A stretch of DNA of 10,464 bases from Candidatus Micrarchaeota archaeon (lineage in GTDB: Archaea; Micrarchaeota; Micrarchaeia; Anstonellales; Anstonellaceae), in the NCBI GenBank assembly GCA_043810635.1, contig JBDRNY010000084.1:1-10464 (forward strand), given 5' to 3'. Position numbers and translations under genes: made by a program. Below are positions 1-6,861 of the stretch, one piece after another. The notes below the pieces were generated by a model that saw nothing but the letters and a program-made list of their open reading frames with translations, was not told the DNA's origin and did not search any database. Position 1 is the first letter of the stretch, and each line of letters starts with the position of its first letter.

Positions 1-1
1 A

Positions 2-1246
2 ACCCAGACATGCACTGTATACGGAACAAGCCCGAACAGAGTAGCGGTTTGCGAAGATACTACAACTTGCACTCCAAATGTTGACAAAAGATGCAATGGA
101 GTAAATGTTGAAATATGCAATTCAAACGGAGATGGCTGGGAAGTTGATGACACCTGCCAGTCAGGCACCCATTGTGTGCAGGAAGGAAATAATGCATATT
201 GCGCGGCAGATACAAGCTGCATACCTTCTTATTTTGTTTGCGTCGGCTTGGACCAATATAAGCAATGCAACCCAACCGGTACAGGATATAACACTCAGGC
301 AGACTGCCCTGCAAACACACAATGCACTGTTTCAGGAGAAGTGGCATACTTCCCCTGCCAATCAACAACCTGCACCCCCGGAAGCAAGCAATGCAACCCT
401 GCAAAGCCCTATGAGGTGCAAATATGCGACAATAACAATAATTGGATTTATTTTGAAACATGCGATTATGGATGCATTGACGGAAAATGCAAAGCAGAGC
501 CAGATGATGACGACGATGAAGGATGCACAAGCGGCGCAAAAAGATGCTCTGGCAATAATGTAGAGGAATGCTACAAAGGAATATGGACATTTCTTTACAT
601 CTGCCCCTCAGGCACCACCTGCTCTGGCGGCTCATGCACTTCTTCAGGAGGCGGTTCATCCGGAGGAACTTCCGGCGGAACCTCTTCAGGAGGATATATT
701 CCTTCTTCAGGCGGAGGGGCTGTAAGCAGGTGCACCAGCTGGTCAGACTGGCATGTAAACTCTTCAAAATTGAAAACAGAAACTGACAGCGAGGGAAGAA
801 AGCGCGAATGCACCAACACAACATTAATGAGATGGTGCATGAAATCCTCGGGCCAAATAGACTTTTCAAGATATGAAAAGCAATACCAATATGAATGCAG
901 CGCCTGGTCTGATGAGTGCGAATATGTATATGACCGCACCGAACCATATACAGACAAATCTACTGACCAGTGCCGAACCTGTGAAAACGAAATATATGTC
1001 TACACTTGCCAGCCTTCAGGCGCAAAGCATTATGACAATGTAAAAACAAAAACAAGCTGCAACGAGTGGAGGGCTTGCACAGCAGAAGAGCTTACCGGCG
1101 AGGAAGAGGAAATAACCCCCCAGCGCTCTGAAATTGACATGATAATTGAAGAGTATGGATTGGTGCTCGGAATCCTCTTGGTTGTTTTGATAGCCGTAGT
1201 AGGCTTTACTGCATGGAAAATGTTTTCTGCAGAGCCAGAGGAATAA
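2..1246 (+). CDS. Cys-rich membrane-anchored surface protein, 5'-truncated by the window edge
   Basis: The frame of ORF 176..1246 is open from base 2 (TQTCTVYGTSPNRVAVCEDTTTCTPNVDKRCNGVNVEICNSNGDGWEVDDTC...), so 176 is not the true start. It has six-Cys/one-Trp repeats, a Gly/Ser linker, a WSDW-containing domain and a C-terminal TM helix (GLVLGILLVVLIAVVGFTAW). Confidence 0.9.
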   Translation, partial: TQTCTVYGTSPNRVAVCEDTTTCTPNVDKRCNGVNVEICNSNGDGWEVDDTCQSGTHCVQEGNNAYCAADTSCIPSYFVCVGLDQYKQCNPTGTGYNTQADCPANTQCTVSGEVAYFPCQSTTCTPGSKQCNPAKPYEVQICDNNNNWIYFETCDYGCIDGKCKAEPDDDDDEGCTSGAKRCSGNNVEECYKGIWTFLYICPSGTTCSGGSCTSSGGGSSGGTSGGTSSGGYIPSSGGGAVSRCTSWSDWHVNSSKLKTETDSEGRKRECTNTTLMRWCMKSSGQIDFSRYEKQYQYECSAWSDECEYVYDRTEPYTDKSTDQCRTCENEIYVYTCQPSGAKHYDNVKTKTSCNEWRACTAEELTGEEEEITPQRSEIDMIIEEYGLVLGILLVVLIAVVGFTAWKMFSAEPEE

Positions 1247-1249
1247 AAA

Positions 1250-2893
1250 ATGGTGCAACACATGAAAGTTGCATTCTTTTCTTTTTTTCTTTCCCTTATT
1301 TTCCTAATTTCATTTGTTAGTGCAGACTGTTCCGGAGGGTATTTGGACGGGGAAGTAAAATGCGTTGGAAATGCGGTGTTTATTTGCAATGTTGACATAT
1401 GGGTTTTGCAGGAAGATTGCAGAAATAATGACGAAATATGTTTGGATGGGGAATGTGTTGAAAAGCAATGTGAAAATGATGACAAAAAATGCTATGACGC
1501 CACCCATTACCAATATTGTGTTTACAACTCTTACAGATGGAGCGACCCTGTTTATTGCGGAAACAATATGATATGTGAAAACGGGGAGTGTGTTTTTTCA
1601 AGTGTATGCCAGGACGGAGATAAAAAATGCGCGAATACAACCCATTACCAGTTATGCTCAAATAATGAATGGGGCGAGCCGATTTATTGCGGAAGCGGGA
1701 TGGAATGCATAAACAATAATTGCAGAATAATAGGGCAATGCACTGGCGAGGAGCGCACATGCGAAGATTCTGCTAATTACAAAATTTGTATAAACAATGA
1801 ATGGAGCGGGCCTGTTTATTGCGGAGATGGTTATGTTTGCATTAACGGCTATTGTGAAATAGTAAGCGGGGATGAATGCATAAACGGGCAGACAGCATGC
1901 TATAATTCAACTCATTACAAAGTTTGCTTAAACAATGAATGGACTTCTCCCTATCCGTGCAATACAGGGGAAATTTGCACAAATAATTATTGCCATACTC
2001 CCTCCCCTTCAAAATGTATTGAAGGGCAAAAAAGGTGCGACCCTTCCAATTCATATAATTTGCAATTATGCTTTTCAGACGGGGAATGGCTGTTTCATGA
2101 TTATTGCATATATGGGTGCACAGTTAACCGGTGCAAATCTTCTCCTTCAGACAGGGAGGATGAAGATGATGACAGCACTGAATGGGGCTGCAGTGAAGGG
2201 GGAAGGCGATGCTCAGGAGATGTTGTGCAAGAATGCTACAAAGGGACATGGACATTTCTTTATTCCTGCCCTGTTGGCACATATTGCAGCAGCTCCAGCT
2301 GCATTGCTTCAGGATATTCTTCAACAACCTACCAATCAGGAGCAACTGCCTCTTCTGAAGAAGAGCCCGCCCCCCAATGCCCGAGGTGGGGAGACTGGAC
2401 TGTGGATTCATCCAAAGTAATGCCAGAAACAGATGCACATGGAAAAACCCGCCAATGCTCCAACACCACTTCAATAAGGTGGTGCATGATATCTGCAGGA
2501 GAGCTTGATTTCACACAATCCCAAAAGCATTACTCTTCTGAATGCAGCGACTGGTCTGAAAATTGCCAATATGTTTATGACAAAAAAGAATCTTATACCA
2601 GCAAATCCGGAAAAATGTGCCGCACCTGCGAAGATGAAATATATGTTTACACATGCCAGCCTTCAGGCGAAAAATATTATGATGATTTGAAAAGGCAGAC
2701 AACATGTGAAAATTGGAGGCCTTGCTCGCAGGCAGAGCTCTCTTCCCTATCTGCCGAACCCTTTTCCCAGCCTTATGAAGTTGATGAAATTGTCGAAGAA
2801 TACGGATTGGTGCTTGGAATTGTCGGCATAGTTTTGCTGGGTGCCATATTATATTTTCTATGGAAAATGTTTTCAGCAGAAGATGAGGGGTAA
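1250..2893 (+). CDS. Cys-rich membrane-anchored surface protein, paralog of the upstream gene (start may be ATG 1262)
   Basis: Signal peptide (MKVAFFSFFLSLIFLISFVSA/D), seven six-Cys repeats, a Ser/Thr linker, a WGDW domain and a C-terminal TM helix. The C-terminal ~290 aa align with the upstream protein (ECYKGxWTFLYxCPxGT, CRTCExEIYVYTCQPSG, EEYGLVLGI, WKMFSAE). Confidence 0.92.
   Translation: MVQHMKVAFFSFFLSLIFLISFVSADCSGGYLDGEVKCVGNAVFICNVDIWVLQEDCRNNDEICLDGECVEKQCENDDKKCYDATHYQYCVYNSYRWSDPVYCGNNMICENGECVFSSVCQDGDKKCANTTHYQLCSNNEWGEPIYCGSGMECINNNCRIIGQCTGEERTCEDSANYKICINNEWSGPVYCGDGYVCINGYCEIVSGDECINGQTACYNSTHYKVCLNNEWTSPYPCNTGEICTNNYCHTPSPSKCIEGQKRCDPSNSYNLQLCFSDGEWLFHDYCIYGCTVNRCKSSPSDREDEDDDSTEWGCSEGGRRCSGDVVQECYKGTWTFLYSCPVGTYCSSSSCIASGYSSTTYQSGATASSEEEPAPQCPRWGDWTVDSSKVMPETDAHGKTRQCSNTTSIRWCMISAGELDFTQSQKHYSSECSDWSENCQYVYDKKESYTSKSGKMCRTCEDEIYVYTCQPSGEKYYDDLKRQTTCENWRPCSQAELSSLSAEPFSQPYEVDEIVEEYGLVLGIVGIVLLGAILYFLWKMFSAEDEG
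1328..2302 (+). repeat. Seven intragenic ~44-46 aa six-Cys repeats
   Basis: Consensus roughly C-x2-G-x3-C-x5-Y-x2-C-x-NNEW-x2-P-x-Y-C-x5-C-x-N-G-x-C. Units 2-5 are the most similar, and aa(t/c)aatgaatgg recurs at the DNA level in units 3-5. Confidence 0.85.
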
Positions 2894-2905
2894 TTGGTGG
2901 TGTCA

Positions 2906-3454
2906 ATGAAAGTTGCAATTATTTGCTTGCTTGCAATTTCTTTGATTTTTCTTTCAGGGTGCTGTGCACCAATTAATGAGCTTGCGCAGAAGGTTTTAGG
3001 GGAAAATCAAACTCAACCAGCCAAGCCCCAGAATATTTCAAACAAAACTCCTTTAGTGCCCCCCCAGCAAAACCAAACTCCCCCTCCTTCACAAAACCAG
3101 ACACCATCTATCCCCCCAACATATCCCCCCGTTCCCCCTTCACAAAACCAGACACTGTCCATCCCTCCAACACCTCCTCCCTCCCCTCCTAAAAACCAAA
3201 CACCCCCTTCCCCGGGCATTTCCCCCTGCATAAATTTGGAAGAATATGAATTGGTTGATTGTATTGCAGGCTTAGCAATAGATGAAAAAGATGTTACAAT
3301 ATGCACTTCATTTACAGAGCAGGATTTGCGCTTTCAATGCATAGCAAGGTGGTGCCTCTCGCCGGCGAGAGATTTTAATGCCTGCGATCTCCTCACAGAC
3401 CCCGACGACAGGATGGGATGCTTTAACAAATGCAACCCCAACCCCAACACATAA
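2906..3454 (+). CDS. Putative lipoprotein with a Pro-rich stalk and a C-terminal Cys-spaced helical domain
   Basis: ATG 2906 is preceded by SD-like GGTGGTG and is preferred over TTG 2894. Lipobox-like LIFLSGC, a Pro/Gln/Thr stalk with repeated NQT, and a C-terminal domain with 8 Cys. Confidence 0.85.
   Translation: MKVAIICLLAISLIFLSGCCAPINELAQKVLGENQTQPAKPQNISNKTPLVPPQQNQTPPPSQNQTPSIPPTYPPVPPSQNQTLSIPPTPPPSPPKNQTPPSPGISPCINLEEYELVDCIAGLAIDEKDVTICTSFTEQDLRFQCIARWCLSPARDFNACDLLTDPDDRMGCFNKCNPNPNT
3086..3172 (+). repeat. 51-bp (17-aa) intragenic tandem duplication
   Basis: ccttcacaaaaccagacac occurs at 3086-3104 and 3137-3155 (PPSQNQTxSIPPT twice). Confidence 0.85.
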
Positions 3455-3582
3455 TTATTTCCAAACAAAAGCAATTCTTCCCGCCAACTAGTCCGCCCAG
3501 CCAGCACATAAAATTATTTTTAATGAAAAAAGCCGTTTCCCGCCGTTTTTCCCTTCCCTGTGCAGCACATAATTATTTTTAA
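3445..3582 (+). repeat. Three degenerate direct repeats at 57/61-bp spacing
   Basis: CAACACATAATTATTT (3445), CAGCACATAAAATTATTTTTAA (3502) and CAGCACATAATTATTTTTAA (3563). Units 1 and 2 also share AAAAGC...TTCCCGCC. Confidence 0.7.
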
Positions 3583-3584
3583 AT
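3570..3584 (+). promoter_or_regulatory. Probable TATA box of the tRNA gene
   Basis: TTTTTAAA at 3576-3583, about 30 nt upstream of the mature tRNA 5' end. Confidence 0.55.
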
Positions 3585-3610
3585 CTAAGAATGCCTATAA
3601 TTACACTTTC

Positions 3611-3779
3611 GGGCCCGTAGCTTAGCCTGGTTGGAGCGTTCGACTGATAGAGCCTTTTTTCTTTCTTGAAAGAAAGAAAAAACCCTCGGGAAAAAAGAAA
3701 GAACCGGGGGCTTTTCAAAGAGAAAAGAAAAAACGCATCGGTCATCGAAAGGTCCTGAGTTCAAATCTCAGCGGGCCCA
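3611..3779 (+). tRNA. trnI: tRNA-Ile(GAT) with a 94-nt intron at canonical position 37/38 (exons 3611-3649 and 3744-3779)
   Basis: Acceptor stem GGGCCCG/CGGGCCC, D arm GCTTAGCCTGGTTGGAGC, anticodon stem TTCGA/TCGAA with loop CT-GAT-A|A, T arm CTGAG-TTCAAAT-CTCAG, and discriminator A3779. CCA is not encoded. Confidence 0.96.
3650..3743 (+). other. tRNA intron with a relaxed bulge-helix-bulge/loop splice motif
   Basis: Central helix CTGA(3644-3647)/TCGG(3738-3741) and 3' bulge TC|A. The 5' side is TA|G followed by an A/A mismatch and then GC/GC. Confidence 0.88.
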
Positions 3780-3816
3780 ACCCATCTTTTTTCTTTTTGT
3801 AGGGAAGAAAGAAAAC

Positions 3817-3827
3817 ATATTATAAAC
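3817..3827 (+). promoter_or_regulatory. Probable TATA box for a leaderless DUF192 transcript
   Basis: TATTATAAA ends at 3826, 24 nt before ATG 3850, and there is no SD. Confidence 0.55.
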
Positions 3828-3849
3828 ATTTAGCTAAAAAGATTAAATT

Positions 3850-4311
3850 ATGGGGCTGCTGATAATTTTATTGCCTTTATTTATTTTGCTCTCGGGATGC
3901 ACTCTCATCCCCCAAGACAATAGCACTAAAATTCTAACTGTAATGCCAGACAATATAACAATAAAAGCCCATGTTGCCCAAACCACAGAAGAGCTCCGCC
4001 AGGGGCTTATGTACCGTACCTATTTGGCTGAAAACGAGGGAATGCTTTTTGTGTTTGAGGAAGAGCGGCATTTAAGCTTTTGGATGGCAAACACAGTGCT
4101 CCCGCTCGACATAATATTTTTGGATGAAAACAAAACAATTGTTGACATTCAGCAAATGGACCCCTGCAATGTAAGAGACACCTCCACCTGCCCTCACTAT
4201 GTTTCTTCCCAGCCCGCAATGTATGCATTAGAAGTAACCCAAAATTTCACAAAAACCATGACATACAAATCGAGGGCAAAATTGTCTGGGAATGATTATT
4301 TTTTCATATAA
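3850..4311 (+). CDS. DUF192-family lipoprotein (probable frameshift near 4255; the family-like end is TGA 4293-4295)
   Basis: Motifs A-x-T-x2-E-x-RQGLMYR, GMLFVF, FWMANTVLPLDIIFLD and YALEV, with lipobox-like ILLSGC. Confidence 0.9.
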   Translation: MGLLIILLPLFILLSGCTLIPQDNSTKILTVMPDNITIKAHVAQTTEELRQGLMYRTYLAENEGMLFVFEEERHLSFWMANTVLPLDIIFLDENKTIVDIQQMDPCNVRDTSTCPHYVSSQPAMYALEVTQNFTKTMTYKSRAKLSGNDYFFI

Positions 4312-5006
4312 AATTCCTTTTTCTTTTCACTGAATTTTTCAATTGCATACCTAAGCATAACTCTTGGCATTTTTTTATAATATTTTTTCAAAAACCTTTC
4401 CTCTTCCCCCAAATTTCTCTTCCCAATTTCCCTCAGCATCCACCCTACAGCTTTGTGCATCAAATCCTCTTTATCTTTTAGAAGCATTTCACTGATTTTA
4501 ATTCCATCTTCAAATTCATTATTTTTTATAAATGCATAAGTGGATAAAATTGCAATCCTCCTTTCCCATAAATTTTTTGATTTTGTTAGTTTGTACAAAA
4601 CCCCTCTCTCCTCTTTTTTGCCAAGCAAATACACCCCACAAATTTTAGGAGCGCTTAAATCAACCAAATCCCAATTATTCACTCCTTTTGTATTTTGCAA
4701 ATAAAAATTAAATATTTTCTTTTTCCCTTCTTCACTTTCCCCCTTCTCAAATTTATCAATCAAAATAAAAAGAGAAGTCAATCTGTACTCATGTATTTCA
4801 CTATCCAATAATTTTCCTATCTCGGCCAATTCCAATCCAGAATATTTTTTTGCAACCTTCCTCTGCACCGGCACTTTTATTCCAAGAAATTTATCTCCTT
4901 CCCCATACTCCCCTTTGCCGGTTTTAAAAAATTTTTGCAATATTTTTGCCTGTTTTTTATTTGTAAGAAAATTCAGCTCTTTTTTTAATTCAATTAATTC
5001 TGTCAT
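4296..5006 (-). CDS. alkD: DNA alkylation repair protein (AlkD-like HEAT-repeat glycosylase family)
   Basis: Motifs FFKTGKGEYGEGDKFLGIKVP, NNWDLVD, LWERRIAI, KAVGWMLREIGKR and MPRVMLRYAIEKF. Confidence 0.92.
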   Translation of the reverse strand: MTELIELKKELNFLTNKKQAKILQKFFKTGKGEYGEGDKFLGIKVPVQRKVAKKYSGLELAEIGKLLDSEIHEYRLTSLFILIDKFEKGESEEGKKKIFNFYLQNTKGVNNWDLVDLSAPKICGVYLLGKKEERGVLYKLTKSKNLWERRIAILSTYAFIKNNEFEDGIKISEMLLKDKEDLMHKAVGWMLREIGKRNLGEEERFLKKYYKKMPRVMLRYAIEKFSEKKKEFYMKK

Positions 5007-5040
5007 AAAATAAAAAGAATTGGCATATTTTTATTGTTAT

Positions 5041-5226
5041 CTAATTTAGAGGCGGAATCGGCTCTTTGTGTTTTTTCAGGCTTGCCAGGTATCTGTTTAT
5101 CGCATCCTTGATGTTTTCTATTGCTTTATTCCGTGTTTTCCCCTGTGAAACACACCCTGGCAATGACGGGCATTCAGCAGCAAAAATTCCGTCTTCATCC
5201 CTTTCAATAATGACTCGGTATCTCAT
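5041..5226 (-). CDS. hicB: Short HicB-family antitoxin (UPF0150-type), with no adjacent HicA
   Basis: YRVIIERDEDG..ECPSLPGCVSQGKT..AIENIKDAI..YL matches the HicB partial RNase H fold. There is no C-terminal DNA-binding domain. A TATA-like TATTATAA lies upstream at about 5261-5268. Confidence 0.88.
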   Translation of the reverse strand: MRYRVIIERDEDGIFAAECPSLPGCVSQGKTRNKAIENIKDAINRYLASLKKHKEPIPPLN

Positions 5227-5295
5227 ATTATCACACTTAAATTACTTGCTCAAAACCTGCTTATAATATTGCGCCTCAGAAAATCAACTCCTATT

Positions 5296-5910
5296 TCATT
5301 CTTCAATCAATCTTCTGTTTGTTTCCATCCCAAACCTTGAAAGCGAATTCCAAAGCGTCAGCCTAAACCTTTTTCCCTCTTTTTCAAATATGCTCAACCC
5401 CGCATTTCCCATCCTCAGCGCCCTCCAGTTTTCAAGCCCAATTCCCATAAGATGGCATGCAAGCATTACAATCGGTCCGTGGTGGGAGACAATAAGCACA
5501 TTGCCCTGCCTGCCCGTGTTTATTTCCCTGTAAAAATATTTCACAACCCTTTCCTGAACCTCTTTATAGTTCTCCCCTCCCGGCGCTTTTGCATAGGGGT
5601 CAACATGGTGCATATAATATTCTTTCCTGCCCCCCCAGCGTTTTCCCTCCAATTCCCCGTAATTTTTTTCCCTCAATTCTTTTGCAAATATCATCCTGCC
5701 CTTTATTCCTGCCAATTCCAATGTTTTTTTTGCCCTCTGCAAATCAGAGCAAAATATGCAGTCAAATTTTTCTTTTTCAAGCCTTTTTCCAAGGTGCTTT
5801 GCCTGCATTATTCCAAGCTCTGTGAGGGCTGTATCTGTCCATCCCGCAAAAAATTTTTCCTTGTTTGAAGCCGCCTCCCCGTGGCGCAAAAGCATCAGTT
5901 TTTTTGCCAT
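5296..5910 (-). CDS. Histidine phosphatase superfamily protein (phosphoglycerate mutase-like, branch 1)
   Basis: LLRHGE, GWTDTALTELG, SDLQRA, LREKNYGELEG, PGGE and LIVSHHG. The substrate cannot be assigned. Confidence 0.92.
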   Translation of the reverse strand: MAKKLMLLRHGEAASNKEKFFAGWTDTALTELGIMQAKHLGKRLEKEKFDCIFCSDLQRAKKTLELAGIKGRMIFAKELREKNYGELEGKRWGGRKEYYMHHVDPYAKAPGGENYKEVQERVVKYFYREINTGRQGNVLIVSHHGPIVMLACHLMGIGLENWRALRMGNAGLSIFEKEGKRFRLTLWNSLSRFGMETNRRLIEE

Positions 5911-5919
5911 AAATAAAAC

Positions 5920-6861
5920 CTATTCCAGCATCACGCCTGCAAGCAATGGAAAAATAATTGACGCATCCCCTTCCACATGCACAATTTTCCCTTTTTCTGA
6001 AATTTTCCCCCAACTAATAGCTTCATTTACCCTTGCGCCTGACAAGCTTCCGTCATACTGGGTTCCTGTTGAAATATAAACAGCATAATCAAACCCATTT
6101 CTCAAAATATTTGCGCCTATTGCATGGTGCTTTGCAACCCCTCCCCCCAAAATAATTCCGGCAGTTTTATCAGCATCCAGCACCATTTTTCCCAATGGTT
6201 TCAAATCCCCTGAAATATCAATTCCAAATTCCTTGTTTTTCTGCTTAAAAAAATATAATTGCAATCCAAACGCACCGTCAGTGGGCGCGGGGCAGAATAC
6301 AGGAATATTATTTTTCGCGCACCAGTAAACAAACGAATTTTCATCTTTCAATTCCATTCCCAAATCATAAATTATTTCATGGGGCGCAAGCATCCTCTTC
6401 AATTTTTTCTGCTTTTCATATTCTTTTTCAAAAAAAGGCATAAGCAGTTTTTCCAATTTCACATAACTTTCATTTTTAATTATTATATTCCCAACCCTGT
6501 TTTTCCCCTGCTTATGCAATTTCCTGTCATTTTCATCAAATGTTGCAATTTCAAAAGAAGAAAATGTTTTCATAACATCCTCCTCAATTGAGCCGATTGC
6601 AGTAATTATTGCATCAACTTTCCTCTCCTTGCAAAGAGTTGCAAATATTTCCCTCATTCCGCTTGAAACCATATTGCTTGTAAAAGTAAGAAATATTGTT
6701 GCTTTCTCCTTCTGCATTTCCTCAACTAATTCCCCAGCTTTCCCGACTTGCGTTGCCTGCAACCCGGCATTTCTCATCTGCTTTAGCAAACCAGAAATTT
6801 TTGTCCCGCCGGATATCTTAATTCCCTTCACTCTTGCTGCTTTTCCAGTTGTTTTACCCAT
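5920..6861 (-). CDS. dys: Deoxyhypusine synthase
   Basis: FLTFTSNMVSSGMRE, NRVGNI, PVFCPAPTDG, ILGGGVAKHH and DGSLSGARVNEAISWGK (catalytic Lys present). Confidence 0.95.
   Translation of the reverse strand: MGKTTGKAARVKGIKISGGTKISGLLKQMRNAGLQATQVGKAGELVEEMQKEKATIFLTFTSNMVSSGMREIFATLCKERKVDAIITAIGSIEEDVMKTFSSFEIATFDENDRKLHKQGKNRVGNIIIKNESYVKLEKLLMPFFEKEYEKQKKLKRMLAPHEIIYDLGMELKDENSFVYWCAKNNIPVFCPAPTDGAFGLQLYFFKQKNKEFGIDISGDLKPLGKMVLDADKTAGIILGGGVAKHHAIGANILRNGFDYAVYISTGTQYDGSLSGARVNEAISWGKISEKGKIVHVEGDASIIFPLLAGVMLE

Noticed and set aside
60..2918. Alternative-frame and antisense ORFs over the Cys-rich genes (60..947, 105..563, 1935..2420 and others)
   Set aside because: They are shadows of strongly supported genes and have no recognisable motifs.
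3445..3600. Repeat-spacer pattern as a mini CRISPR array
   Set aside because: The repeats are short (16-22 nt) and degenerate, the spacers resemble each other, and no cas genes are present.
3488..3745. 85-aa minus-strand ORF as an intron-encoded protein
   Set aside because: It is antisense to the tRNA, low-complexity, and far too short for a LAGLIDADG homing endonuclease.
3744..3779. tRNA 3' end as an integration (att) site
   Set aside because: I saw no second copy of the tRNA 3' end and no integrase in the window.
5007..5040. hicA remnant beside hicB
   Set aside because: The flanks are too short and show no HicA-like GSH motif.
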